A DNA stretch of 32,000 bases from Cellulosilyticum sp. I15G10I2 (GCF_900095725.1 NZ_FMMP01000015.1:132364-164363); one strand, 5' to 3'. Numbered from the stretch's first letter, positions 18,940 through 28,440 are shown. Numbers and translations: made by a program. The notes: a model not told the origin generated them from the sequence alone.

Positions 18940-19365
18940 ATGATTAGTCAAATTAAGTCATGTATTAGGACAAAGTTACAGATACTGTATCCACAGACAC
19001 CAATATATGATATAGAAATTCCCTCAACTTCCCAAACACCGTCATTTCTAATACAACTAAAAAGTCAAACCTATAAAAAGTTGTTAAACACTAGATTTAG
19101 CAGCTTTTTATCATTTGACATTACTTATTCATCTGATATAGCACAGGATAAAGTGGCTATAGATTTGATTCAATTAACTCTTTTAAAAGAGTTTGATCTA
19201 TTGGAGCAAGATAATTTTAAGGTGAGAATCAAAAATAAGAAGTGTAGCCTGGAAGAAGGAAAAATACACTTTGCATTTGATATCAGCTATACAGAAATGA
19301 TAGAAGAGCCATTAAATCGTATGAGAGATATAGAACAATTTGAACTAAGGAGTGATGTAAAGTGA
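18940..19365 (+). CDS. Probable tail completion/terminator protein (DUF6838-like)
   Basis: 141 aa, immediately upstream of the sheath with a 4-nt overlap; alternating beta-rich pattern; positional argument. Confidence 0.5.
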   Translation: MISQIKSCIRTKLQILYPQTPIYDIEIPSTSQTPSFLIQLKSQTYKKLLNTRFSSFLSFDITYSSDIAQDKVAIDLIQLTLLKEFDLLEQDNFKVRIKNKKCSLEEGKIHFAFDISYTEMIEEPLNRMRDIEQFELRSDVK

Positions 19366-20408
19366 GTGGAACATGGACTTCACAAAATAAAGTATTACCA
19401 GGGGTATATATTAATTTTTTGACTAATAAGCCACTTTCGATTATGCCAGGGGACCGTGGGACTGTAGCTTTGGCAGTGGAGTTAAGTGTAGGAGAAAAAG
19501 GTGATTTATATTATGAGACAGCTACATCGAGCGAACTTAAAGAAAAAGCACCGACAGCAGCAGACTATGAACTAGTGACTGAAGCACTTAAGTGTGCACA
19601 GTCTGTTATCGTCTATAATTTAGGTGTTTCACATACCATAGAGGACTTGGACGCTTGCCTAAATGTTTTTAAAACAGAAGATTTTAATGTATTTGCTTAT
19701 CCATTTGACGGAGACAACTTTGCAGCAAATAAAGCGACTGTTACTTCATGGGTAAAAGCTCTAAGAGCAGATGAAGGCAAATATGTACAGGCTGTTTTAG
19801 CTAATTATAAAGCAGATGATGAAGCTATCATAAATGTAGTTAATGGGGTTAAACTTTCGGACAATAAGATTTTATCAGCAGCACAGTGTACAGCTTGGGT
19901 AGCCGGAGCGACTGCTGGTGCTAGAATCAATCAGTCTAATACGAACAAAAAATATATAGGAGCTATAGATGCTGCACCTAAAATGACAAAAACTCAGATG
20001 GAAGCAGCAGTTAATGCTGGTGAATTTATCTTTAAATCTGACTTTAACCAAAATGTAACGGCAGTGTATGATATCAACTCGTTTACAACTTTTACAGCAG
20101 ATAAAGCAAAAGACTTTAGAAAAAACAGGGTAGTTAGAATTATTGATAATGTCAATAATGATGTAACAAGCATCTTCGAAGCCAGCTATATGGGTAAAGT
20201 AAATAACAATGATGAAGGCAGAAGTCTTTTAAGAGCAAGCCTTATTGATTATTTCAAGGAGCTTCAAAGACTACAGGCGATTCAGAACTTTACGCCGGAA
20301 GATGTAACAGTCTTGGCAGGGGCGGACACAGATGCCGTTATTATCAATAGTTATATTCAGCCGGTAGACAGTGCTGAGAAATTCTATATTACAGTGAACT
20401 TAAAATAA
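19362..20408 (+). CDS. Contractile tail sheath protein (XkdK-like)
   Basis: MSGTWTSQNKVLPGVYINFLTNKPLSIMPGDRGTVALAVEL... N-terminus; C-terminal DVTVLAGADTDAVIINSYIQPVDSAEKFYITVNLK; followed by tube gene. Confidence 0.92.
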   Translation: MSGTWTSQNKVLPGVYINFLTNKPLSIMPGDRGTVALAVELSVGEKGDLYYETATSSELKEKAPTAADYELVTEALKCAQSVIVYNLGVSHTIEDLDACLNVFKTEDFNVFAYPFDGDNFAANKATVTSWVKALRADEGKYVQAVLANYKADDEAIINVVNGVKLSDNKILSAAQCTAWVAGATAGARINQSNTNKKYIGAIDAAPKMTKTQMEAAVNAGEFIFKSDFNQNVTAVYDINSFTTFTADKAKDFRKNRVVRIIDNVNNDVTSIFEASYMGKVNNNDEGRSLLRASLIDYFKELQRLQAIQNFTPEDVTVLAGADTDAVIINSYIQPVDSAEKFYITVNLK

Positions 20409-20420
20409 GGAGGATAAATC

Positions 20421-20897
20421 ATGGCAGATAATTATGTAAAATTAGTGGACACAATATCTTCTAAAGAAGGCAAAGCATTTATTACAATTAATGGACAAAA
20501 CAGAGAACTTTTTGAGATATCTAACTGCAAAGCACAGTTGGATATGAAAGTACAAAGCAGACAGATGCTGGGGCACAGAATGGCTCAGCACAAGATTGTC
20601 GGAGCTGAAGGTACAGGAAGCATGACAATGTATTTTATGAACTCAGATATGCTGAAATTAGCTATAGAGTATATCAAAAATGGAACTTATGGCGGAATCA
20701 AGTTACAGATTAAGAATGAGGATGCACAAAGCAGTATCGGCAAGCAGGAAGTCATTCTAAATAACATCATACTTGCAACGATCCCGGTAACGGTGCTTGA
20801 TGATCAATCAGAAGATCCGATCACGATTGATACGGACTTTACATTTGATGATATCGAAGGGTTGTCATTTTTTGATTTGCCTGCAAATTTTAGATAG
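20421..20897 (+). CDS. Tail tube protein (XkdM-like)
   Basis: ISSKEGKAFITINGQNRELFEISNCKAQLDMKVQSRQMLGHRMAQHKIVGAEGTGSMTMYF...; follows sheath. Confidence 0.92.
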   Translation: MADNYVKLVDTISSKEGKAFITINGQNRELFEISNCKAQLDMKVQSRQMLGHRMAQHKIVGAEGTGSMTMYFMNSDMLKLAIEYIKNGTYGGIKLQIKNEDAQSSIGKQEVILNNIILATIPVTVLDDQSEDPITIDTDFTFDDIEGLSFFDLPANFR

Positions 20898-20988
20898 AAG
20901 GCGAGGGCCTGGTGGCCCTCTTTTAAAGAATATCAATAAAAGAGGATTGAGTAAATTATAAGCAAAACAAAGGAAGGATAAAAAGTCA

Positions 20989-21387
20989 ATGAAAAGTTTA
21001 AAGGCATTTTTAAATCCAATTCAAGTAGAAAATCAAAAAATTATAGTATCTAAACGTTTTTTAGAAGACGGCAAACCCGTTGAGTGGGAAGTAAAAGCTA
21101 TTACGAGTGAAGAAAATGAATACCTTCTTAAAAAGCATATGAAAAAAGACAAAAAAGGAAATGAAACGTTTGATAAGTTAGCTTATATGAATGAAATGGT
21201 GGCAAGCTGTGTGGTTTATCCAGACCTGCTCAGTGCAGATTTACAGAAATATTATGGTGCAATGGGGGCGACTCAGCTTTTAAATAAAATGCTTCTAGTC
21301 GGTGAATTTGCAGTATTATCACAAGCTGTACAAGAAATTAGCGGATTACAGACAGAAAATGAGTTAATTGAAGAGGCAAAAAACTAA
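20989..21387 (+). CDS. XkdN-like tail assembly chaperone (zero-frame product)
   Basis: MKSLKAFLNPIQVENQKIIVSKRFLEDGKPVEWEVKAITSEENEYLLKKHMKKDKKGNETFDKLAYMNEMVASCVVYPDL; between tube and tape measure. Confidence 0.88.
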   Translation: MKSLKAFLNPIQVENQKIIVSKRFLEDGKPVEWEVKAITSEENEYLLKKHMKKDKKGNETFDKLAYMNEMVASCVVYPDLLSADLQKYYGAMGATQLLNKMLLVGEFAVLSQAVQEISGLQTENELIEEAKN

Positions 21388-21578
21388 TAAAGGAGAGTAA
21401 TGTCGAGTTTGTAATCGCTCATTATGCTCTCCAGAAGCTACATATAGTGCCTTCTCAAATAGTCAATATGACAGCAAGAGAAAGGGCATTTTTTTATGCC
21501 TCTATTTTGCATAGGATTGAGGCCGAAAAGAAAGAACAGGAAAAACTGAAACGTATAAAAAGTTCAAGGAGGAGGTGA
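20989..21578 (+). CDS. Predicted -1 frameshift fusion of the tail assembly chaperone (about 196 aa)
   Basis: Slippery A AAA AAC at 21378-21384; -1 frame open to TGA 21576-21578, encoding LIKESNVEFVIAHYALQKLHIVPSQIVNMTARERAFFYASILHRIEAEKKEQEKLKRIKSSRRR; no ATG-initiated ORF of matching length. Confidence 0.8.
21392..21432 (+). promoter_or_regulatory. Putative frameshift-stimulating RNA hairpin
   Basis: GGAGAGTAATG (21392-21402) pairs with CATTA (21420-21424) and CTCTCC (21427-21432) with 2-nt bulge; 7-nt spacer from slippery site. Confidence 0.65.
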
Positions 21579-21583
21579 TTTAA

Positions 21584-23584
21584 ATGTCAGTACAAAATAA
21601 TATGGCGGTTATTAATAATAAAGCTATTTTATTAGCTGAACAATACAATACAAGCATTAAAAATGTAATTAATGTTTCCAAGCTCTTTGAAAAAAACATA
21701 AACAACATAAATAATACAACCAATCATTTTAATATTCAGTTAGTTAATGCGTCAAATATTACAAATAATTTTAATAATGCCTTAAGTAAAACAGCCAGTA
21801 AAGTGAGTATCTTTGATAAGATGAAAGACAAACTAAAAGAACTCATATCTGTCCAGACCATAGTTAAAAAGGGATTTGAGTTGATGGGTAAAGGCTTAAA
21901 CACAGCCACAGAACTGCAAAAATCAGAACAGTTAATCGGCGCAGTATTAGGTGATACTAAGGTTGGATCAAGGTTATTTAATCATATATCTAAACAAGCA
22001 AAGGGATCTTCCTTAAGTATTGATGAGATGGCTGCCAATACCCAAAAGTTTTTGGGGGTGACACGAAGTGTTGAAGACATAGATCAGCTTAATAGTATGT
22101 CTGAGAAGCTTGCAAAATTAAATATAAGCGGACAGGATGCCAAGGGAGCAGGAGATGCCTTAAAAAAAGCTATGCAGGGAGATTATTCAGATTTAACTAA
22201 AAGCTTTAATATAGACGCAGGGGCGATAAAAGGCAGTGGGCTTGAGAATGCTGTTAGTATGGGGAATATGGCAGAGGCTGTAGACATTTTGGATGATCTT
22301 ATAAGTAAATCCGGCTACTCCCAAGAGGCATTAGATAATATGGTAGGAAATTTATCTATTCAGTGGGGGATGTTTACAAAAAAAATATCAGAAGATTTCG
22401 GTGGTGCTATGAGAATAGTTGCCGATACACTTGCTCCAATAGTTACAAAATTTAATGAGTTATTAAAAAGTGGAGCTTTTCAGCCATTTATAGATATATT
22501 GGTTGGCGGGTTTAATCTCATTGCAATAGGCTTATCATGGCTTGTAAATGGGTTTATATGGCTTGGAGAAGTGATTGGTTCAAATTGGGATATTATACAA
22601 GCAGTGCTTGGCGGCGTCGCTGCGGCTTTAATGGTTATAGGTGTTACATATATCCCCATGCTTATAGGCAAGTTATGGATGATGATACAACCTTTATTAG
22701 TGCAGGCTGCCACATGGATTATGATGAATCTGCCGATATTTATGTTTATTGCAGCAGTAGCCATTGTTATCTATATATTAGGGCAGATGGGTGTGACATT
22801 CGAACAGATTTTTGAAGTTGTAGGCGGGATATTAGGCGTATTTGTCGGATATTTTTACAATAGTTTTATATACCTGTGGAATATAGTAGCTGCATTTATC
22901 AATTTCTTTGGGAATGTCTTTAGTAATCCAGTAGCAGCCGTCCAGAAGCTATTCTATGATTTAGCTGTAAATGTTTTAAGCTTTATAGAAAAAATTGCAC
23001 AAGGCATTGAAGATTTACTTAATGGTATTCCTGGAGTTAAGGTGAGTCTCACATCGGGCATAACAAATCTTAAGAATAACCTGGCAGCTAAAGCAGGCAA
23101 AATAGCTGATGAAAATCAACTAAAGGAATTTGTAAAAAGTAAGGAGTTTGTTGATTACTCTGACGCATTTACCCAAGGAGCTAGTACAGCAGGAGACTTT
23201 TATAAAGGCATCAAAACAGGTTTGGGTAGTATCCTGCCGAATAGTTTAAGTATACAAGATGGTAATCTAACGCTACCTGGGTTAAATAATAAAGATAACC
23301 TGTCAGCTGGCAATCCATTTAATATGACGAACAACGAAAGTATACCGGTCAGTGGACCTAACGGCGGTAATGTACCTGTGGATGTGTCTGATGATGATGT
23401 ACAGTATCTTAAGGATATTGCGGAACGGGATTACATCAATAAATATTCATCGGCGACCCTAGCTCCTAATATTCAGGTGAGCTTTGGGGATGTTAAGGAA
23501 ACCGCTGATGTTGACAAGGTTGCTCAACGTATCCAATATATTTTACAGGAACAAATTGCAATAGCAGCAGAGGGGGCGTATTAA
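21584..23584 (+). CDS. Tail tape measure protein (XkdO-like)
   Basis: 666 aa; alpha-helical N-terminus, TAQQLEK/ELQKSEQLIGAVLGDTKVG..., central hydrophobic segments, C-terminal helix; position after chaperones; AGGAGGAGG RBS. Confidence 0.9.
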   Translation: MSVQNNMAVINNKAILLAEQYNTSIKNVINVSKLFEKNINNINNTTNHFNIQLVNASNITNNFNNALSKTASKVSIFDKMKDKLKELISVQTIVKKGFELMGKGLNTATELQKSEQLIGAVLGDTKVGSRLFNHISKQAKGSSLSIDEMAANTQKFLGVTRSVEDIDQLNSMSEKLAKLNISGQDAKGAGDALKKAMQGDYSDLTKSFNIDAGAIKGSGLENAVSMGNMAEAVDILDDLISKSGYSQEALDNMVGNLSIQWGMFTKKISEDFGGAMRIVADTLAPIVTKFNELLKSGAFQPFIDILVGGFNLIAIGLSWLVNGFIWLGEVIGSNWDIIQAVLGGVAAALMVIGVTYIPMLIGKLWMMIQPLLVQAATWIMMNLPIFMFIAAVAIVIYILGQMGVTFEQIFEVVGGILGVFVGYFYNSFIYLWNIVAAFINFFGNVFSNPVAAVQKLFYDLAVNVLSFIEKIAQGIEDLLNGIPGVKVSLTSGITNLKNNLAAKAGKIADENQLKEFVKSKEFVDYSDAFTQGASTAGDFYKGIKTGLGSILPNSLSIQDGNLTLPGLNNKDNLSAGNPFNMTNNESIPVSGPNGGNVPVDVSDDDVQYLKDIAERDYINKYSSATLAPNIQVSFGDVKETADVDKVAQRIQYILQEQIAIAAEGAY

Positions 23585-24258
23585 TGAGTTTTAATATATT
23601 TTTTAATTTTAATGAGGATGTTATGCGTCTACCGGTCAATCCACAGGAAATTAAGATAGATAATCCACAGGCTAATGAAAAGTATGAAGTTCTTAAATTG
23701 GGACAGATAGCTCTGCCAACGCACATGGCTAATAGAACCATTCAATTTGAAGCAGAATTTCCCAGTAAGACTTATCATTATGTAAATAATCAAAGAGGCT
23801 TTGATAAAGCGGGGAGCTTCAGAAATGCTAATGGATATCTTGAAATACTCCAAGAATGGCGGAGAAACAACAAGCCTATAGGTTTTAAAGTAAGTGATGG
23901 CATCAATGAAGAGATTAATACACAGATATTGATTGAAAGTATCACGATCACAGAAAAGGCTGGAGAAGAAGGGGATTACTATGTTGATTTCAAGCTTATA
24001 GAAACCGTCAATCTTATTAGGATGGAGGAGGTAAAGGAAGATCCTGTAACAGGGACAATAACCAAACAACAGGTAAAGGGAAATACAGAAAGCCCTAAAA
24101 AGCCGGAGAACTATACCATTGTAAAAGGTGATACATTATGGGGGATTGCAAAAAGGTTTTTAGGAGATGGAGCCAGATGGATCGAACTTCACAAGCTAAA
24201 TGCTACAATCAAAAATCCGAATCTTATTTATCCAGGGCAGGTGATTAAGCTCAGATGA
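23584..24258 (+). CDS. XkdP-like baseplate/tube-cap protein with C-terminal LysM
   Basis: C-terminal LysM NYTIVKGDTLWGIAKRFLGDGARWIELHKLNATIKNPNLIYPGQVIKLR; ATG overlaps tape measure stop. Confidence 0.9.
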   Translation: MSFNIFFNFNEDVMRLPVNPQEIKIDNPQANEKYEVLKLGQIALPTHMANRTIQFEAEFPSKTYHYVNNQRGFDKAGSFRNANGYLEILQEWRRNNKPIGFKVSDGINEEINTQILIESITITEKAGEEGDYYVDFKLIETVNLIRMEEVKEDPVTGTITKQQVKGNTESPKKPENYTIVKGDTLWGIAKRFLGDGARWIELHKLNATIKNPNLIYPGQVIKLR

Positions 24259-25196
24259 GTATACAGTTTTTAGTTACAAACAATATAGATCACAAATTAT
24301 ATGATATCACAAACTTAATTATAAAGATAACATGGACAGATGTACTTAATAATGGCTGCAGCAAGCTTGACTTTAGTCATATAGACGGTTATGCAGAAAT
24401 AGGCAATGGGTCGGTTATACAATTTCTATATGATAATCAAGTGTTATTTTATGGATTTGTATTTAAGACAAGAAGAAATTCCAAAAAAGAAATACAGGTT
24501 ACAGCCTATGATCAGCTTAGATATCTTAAAACCAAAGATTCAATTGTTATAAAAGATATGACATTGGGAGCTTTGATTAAAAATAGTTGTAAGTATTTCA
24601 ACCTTAAATGGGGGATTATAGCCGACACAAAATACAAGCTGATTCCCAGTATTCATACAGATAAAACCTGGCTGGATATTTTTTATAGCAGTATAAAAGA
24701 TACATTATTGGCTACAGGAGAAAAATACTGTGTACGAGATGAAGCAGGCCATATTGCTCTTCGCAATCTAAAAGAGTTGAATCTGTCTTTAGTAATAGGC
24801 GATAGTAGCTTATGTTACGATTATGATTATGAAAAGTCTATAGATGATGGAACCTATAATCTAATCGTATTGACTAAGAAGGATGAAAAAGAGCCTGTTA
24901 TCGCCAAAGATGAAGAATCCTTTAAGGCCTATGGTATTTTGCAGTATTTTGAATCAGTGGATCAAAATGTAAATAACGCCCAGCTTCAGGTAAGGGCCAA
25001 TGAGATGCTTAGATCATATAACCGTGAAAAAGAGACCTTACAGCTAAAATGTATTGGAGATACAAGGGTAAGGGCAGGTAATAGGATTTTTTCAAGTATG
25101 GAAGATCTAAGGATGAATAGGAGATTAGTAGTTGATAAGGTGACGCATACCTTTAAAGAAGGAAGTCATACAATGGATTTGGAGCTTATATTATGA
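24255..25196 (+). CDS. XkdQ-like baseplate hub protein
   Basis: gpD/gp27-like hub pattern (VTAYDQLRYLKTKDSIVIKDMTLGALIKNSCKYFNLKWG...), 4-nt overlap with neighbour. Confidence 0.85.
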   Translation: MSIQFLVTNNIDHKLYDITNLIIKITWTDVLNNGCSKLDFSHIDGYAEIGNGSVIQFLYDNQVLFYGFVFKTRRNSKKEIQVTAYDQLRYLKTKDSIVIKDMTLGALIKNSCKYFNLKWGIIADTKYKLIPSIHTDKTWLDIFYSSIKDTLLATGEKYCVRDEAGHIALRNLKELNLSLVIGDSSLCYDYDYEKSIDDGTYNLIVLTKKDEKEPVIAKDEESFKAYGILQYFESVDQNVNNAQLQVRANEMLRSYNREKETLQLKCIGDTRVRAGNRIFSSMEDLRMNRRLVVDKVTHTFKEGSHTMDLELIL

Positions 25197-25453
25197 TTAA
25201 TGAGATTAAAAAAATAATAGTTAATTATTTAAACAGTGTAAAGATGACTCAACTGATGATTGGGAGTGTAGAAACGGTTAATCCGCTTTCAATTAAAATA
25301 GGGGATAAACTTATTATTCCTTATGAACTCATTACGGGTAACCAGAAGGCAAACCTGATACACTCTGAACAAATAGGGTCAAGGCTCAGACTTATATGTA
25401 ATTATGGAGGTCAAGAATATTTTATACTTGAGGTGATAAATGATGTTACCTAA
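25193..25453 (+). CDS. XkdR/DUF2577-like small baseplate protein (candidate central spike)
   Basis: 86 aa; MTQLMIGSVETVNPLSIKIGDKLIIPYELITGNQ... beta-rich OB-like pattern; gene order. Confidence 0.7.
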   Translation: MINEIKKIIVNYLNSVKMTQLMIGSVETVNPLSIKIGDKLIIPYELITGNQKANLIHSEQIGSRLRLICNYGGQEYFILEVINDVT

Positions 25454-25832
25454 TGAAGCTATAAACATACAAATAGACGAAACGCCTCAAACCAGCAATA
25501 CCTATAGACTGGGTATAGAAACAATACAAGGAATCATTGATGGCGTGGAGGCACTCAAGCAAGCTATCCAAAAGATATTAAATACAGAAAGATATCATTA
25601 TCCAATCTATTCCTTTGACTATGGACTAGATATGGAACAGCTGATAGGCCAGGACATAGAATATGTAAAAATAGCTGTTAAGGGACTCATCAAAGAAGCA
25701 CTTTTATATGATGACAGAATCAAAGATGTCACCAATTTTTATATTGAGAGTAACACCGATCAGCTGATATGTTCTTTTGATGTAATCAGTATTTATGGGA
25801 CAATTACAGCAGATAAGGAGGTGATGATGTGA
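25440..25832 (+). CDS. XkdS/DUF2634-like baseplate wedge protein (gp25-related)
   Basis: TYRLGIETIQGIIDGVEALKQAIQKILNTERYHYPIYSFDYGLDMEQLIGQDIEYVKI. Confidence 0.88.
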   Translation: MMLPNEAINIQIDETPQTSNTYRLGIETIQGIIDGVEALKQAIQKILNTERYHYPIYSFDYGLDMEQLIGQDIEYVKIAVKGLIKEALLYDDRIKDVTNFYIESNTDQLICSFDVISIYGTITADKEVMM

Positions 25833-26839
25833 ATTATAATGAAATTTTAGAACGTATGATGAGTAAAGTACCAAGTAATGTAGATAAGCGTGAAGGGAGT
25901 ATCATCTATGATGCATTGGCACCTTGTGCTTATGAACTTGCTCAAATGTATTTTAGGCTTGATAACTTTCTTAATCTAGTATTTGTAGACACATCTATAC
26001 AAGAATATTTAACACGTTTTTGCAGCGGATTTGGAGTGGAACGTAAAATGGCCACTAAGGCAATTAGAAAAGGAATATTTAATATAGATGTGCCTATTGG
26101 AAGCCGTTTTTCAATACAAAACATTATCTATAAGATAGTAGAGAAGATAGATGCAGGCGTATATAAACTAGAATGTGAGCAGCCAGGAGTAATAGGAAAT
26201 CAATATAGCGGAAGTATGCAGCCAATAGATAATGTTAGCGGTCTTACTAGTGCTAAACTTACAGATATCTTAATAGATGGAACCGATACAGAAACGGATG
26301 AAGCTCTGAGAAAGAGGTTTTACCTAAGAGTACAAATGCCTTCGACAAGCGGAAATGAATATCATTATAAACAATGGACACTTGAAGTAGAAGGAGTCGG
26401 AGACTGCAAAGTATTGCCCCTGTGGAATGGCAATGGAACGGTCAAGATACTTATCGTGGACAATGAGAAAAATCCTGCAACAAATGCTCTTAAGACGAGT
26501 GTGCGAGAGTATATTGAGAAATTTAGACCTATTGGAGCCACCATTACAATTGATACGCCAATAGCCAAAGAAATAAATGTTGGCAGCATATTAACAATTA
26601 ACAGCAGTGTAACATTAGAAGAAGTTACTACAGAGTTTAGACAAAGATTAGCTGACTATTTAAAAGGAATGACTTTTGAGAAAAACTTTGTAAGTTATGC
26701 AATCGTCGGCAGCTTGCTTTTGCAATGCAAGGGAGTTATAGACTATAATCATTTGACACTTAACGAAAATACTGAAAATATAATAGTAACAGACAGTGAA
26801 GTTCCTAGAATAGGAACTATTTCACTTAGTAAGGGGTGA
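25829..26839 (+). CDS. Baseplate J-like protein (XkdT-like)
   Basis: VDKREGSIIYDALAPCAYELAQMYFRLDNFLN..., ALRKRFYLRVQMPSTSGNEYHYKQWTLEVEGVGDCKVLPLWNGNGTVKILIVDN. Confidence 0.93.
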   Translation: MNYNEILERMMSKVPSNVDKREGSIIYDALAPCAYELAQMYFRLDNFLNLVFVDTSIQEYLTRFCSGFGVERKMATKAIRKGIFNIDVPIGSRFSIQNIIYKIVEKIDAGVYKLECEQPGVIGNQYSGSMQPIDNVSGLTSAKLTDILIDGTDTETDEALRKRFYLRVQMPSTSGNEYHYKQWTLEVEGVGDCKVLPLWNGNGTVKILIVDNEKNPATNALKTSVREYIEKFRPIGATITIDTPIAKEINVGSILTINSSVTLEEVTTEFRQRLADYLKGMTFEKNFVSYAIVGSLLLQCKGVIDYNHLTLNENTENIIVTDSEVPRIGTISLSKG

Positions 26840-27390
26840 GTTGTATGTTAATGGACTACTTACCCCTTTACTATGCTCAAAATAATACAATGCTGGAGCT
26901 GCAGACCATACTTGATCAAGAAGTTACTCTAACGGAAGCACAATTGATTGCTGCAGTTGATAACTGTTTTGTTAAAACTTCCACTGAGTTGTTAAGCAGG
27001 TGGGAAAAGATTTTAGGACTACCTATTGATATTACAAAAAGTAATAACTTCAGAAGAGAACGGATCAAGGCTAAAATATTAGGAGTTGGAACGACTACGA
27101 AACAAATGATAGAGGAAACAGCCAAAGCGTATTCTAATGGTGAAGTAGAAGTTATAGAGGATAGTGAAAACTACCGTTTTATCATTAAGTTTGTAGGAAC
27201 TGTTGGTATGCCGCCTAATATGAGTGACTTAACACAGACACTTAAGGAGATTAAGCCTGCTCATTTAAATTATACTTATGAATATATATTTAAAACCCAT
27301 GGTGGCTTAAAACCATATACTTATAGTTATTTAAAGCAATTTACTCATAGACAATTAAGGGAGAGTGATATAAATGGAAGTAACTCCTAA
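26836..27390 (+). CDS. YmfQ/DUF2313-like (XkdU-like) baseplate protein
   Basis: LLSRWEKILGLPIDITKSNNFRRERIKAKILGVGTTTKQMIEETAKAY; follows baseplate J. Confidence 0.88.
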   Translation: MSCMLMDYLPLYYAQNNTMLELQTILDQEVTLTEAQLIAAVDNCFVKTSTELLSRWEKILGLPIDITKSNNFRRERIKAKILGVGTTTKQMIEETAKAYSNGEVEVIEDSENYRFIIKFVGTVGMPPNMSDLTQTLKEIKPAHLNYTYEYIFKTHGGLKPYTYSYLKQFTHRQLRESDINGSNS

Positions 27391-28264
27391 TTTAGGCCTA
27401 AAGAAGCCTAATGACAATGAATATTATGATATACAAGATCAGAATAGCAATATGGACGTTATAGATGAACGAATAAGTGGCTTATCGGAAATTGCTACAA
27501 TATCGAAAAATGGACTTATGTCCAAAGATGACAAAGTAAAATTAAATGCACTAGATAATCAAATAGGTAATTTATCTGCACCTGCGACAGCAAGCAAGCT
27601 TGGGCCTATTAAGGTAGGAGCTAATCTATCGATAACCCCAGAGGGATTATTAAGCAGCTTGGCCGCGTATAGTCATCCAACTACCAAACAGTGTAGTTAT
27701 ACTGCTCCGGTTACCAGTGTAGCAGGTAGAACGGGAGCAGTAACACTAGCAAAAGCAGATATAGGCTTAGGTAGTGTAGAAAACTATGGAATAGCAACTT
27801 TGGCAGAGGCACAAGCAGGAGCCAGTGGGACCAAATATATGACTCCGGAAAGGGTAACGCAAGCAATACAGGCATTAGTTCCTAGTGGGCCTGCATGGAA
27901 TACAATAACTTGGGGAAGCTGTTCATTATCACAAAAACAAGAGGATACACTACCTTTTTCGCAAGTACAAGGTAATGCACATACGACTTATTCTGGCAAT
28001 GTAATAACATTTAAACAAGCTGGTACATATATGATTGCATTTGAGACTAGCTTAGCATGGTCAGGATCGATTGGGTATGGAGAGTTGGATGTTGGACCAT
28101 ATGCATTGTCTATTAAAACAGGCAATACCATTCAAGGGTTTGCATTTGGATTTTTTCCTCTATCTGGGGCAGTTAAGATCTGCAGGTATAATAATTTATC
28201 ATCAGGAACTGGAACCTGTAATTTTGGTGTAACACGTGTATATATAGTCAGGTTGTCCCCGTGA
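27374..28264 (+). CDS. Tail fibre / receptor-binding protein
   Basis: N-terminal GLKKPNDNEYYDIQDQNSNMDVIDERI attachment motif; fibre motifs GAVTLAKADIGLGSVENYGIATLAEAQAGASGTKYMTPERVTQAI; C-terminal beta-rich jelly-roll-like domain (ITFKQAGTYMIAFETSLAWS). Confidence 0.88.
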   Translation: MEVTPNLGLKKPNDNEYYDIQDQNSNMDVIDERISGLSEIATISKNGLMSKDDKVKLNALDNQIGNLSAPATASKLGPIKVGANLSITPEGLLSSLAAYSHPTTKQCSYTAPVTSVAGRTGAVTLAKADIGLGSVENYGIATLAEAQAGASGTKYMTPERVTQAIQALVPSGPAWNTITWGSCSLSQKQEDTLPFSQVQGNAHTTYSGNVITFKQAGTYMIAFETSLAWSGSIGYGELDVGPYALSIKTGNTIQGFAFGFFPLSGAVKICRYNNLSSGTGTCNFGVTRVYIVRLSP

Positions 28265-28440
28265 TAATAAGTTATATATATGAATATAGATATTGTGTAA
28301 GTATATAAGATACATATAACAAAGGCGTACTTTATTATTTTAATATTATATGAATAGAAGCATAACATACGTAATAGTATTAGCAAAATTATATGTAGTT
28401 TTTAAACAGTGGATTTAAAAATGTTTTTATAGAAGACTAG

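Noticed and set aside
22480-22815. Two ORFs (92 aa plus strand, 94 aa minus strand) nested in the tape measure gene
   Set aside because: They lie fully inside the well-supported 666-aa ORF, lack good RBS context and have shadow-ORF composition (Trp/Cys/Tyr rich).
23629-24069. 146-aa minus-strand ORF inside the XkdP-like gene
   Set aside because: Antisense to a clear LysM baseplate gene; likely random open frame. Similarly 26365-26589, 26916-27125 and 28132-28386 minus-strand ORFs.
18396-28264. Extracellular contractile injection system (PVC/MAC/Afp-like)
   Set aside because: No AAA+ ATPase, no toxin payload genes; baseplate gene set is XkdP-U-like phage type and a holin/amidase lysis module is present.
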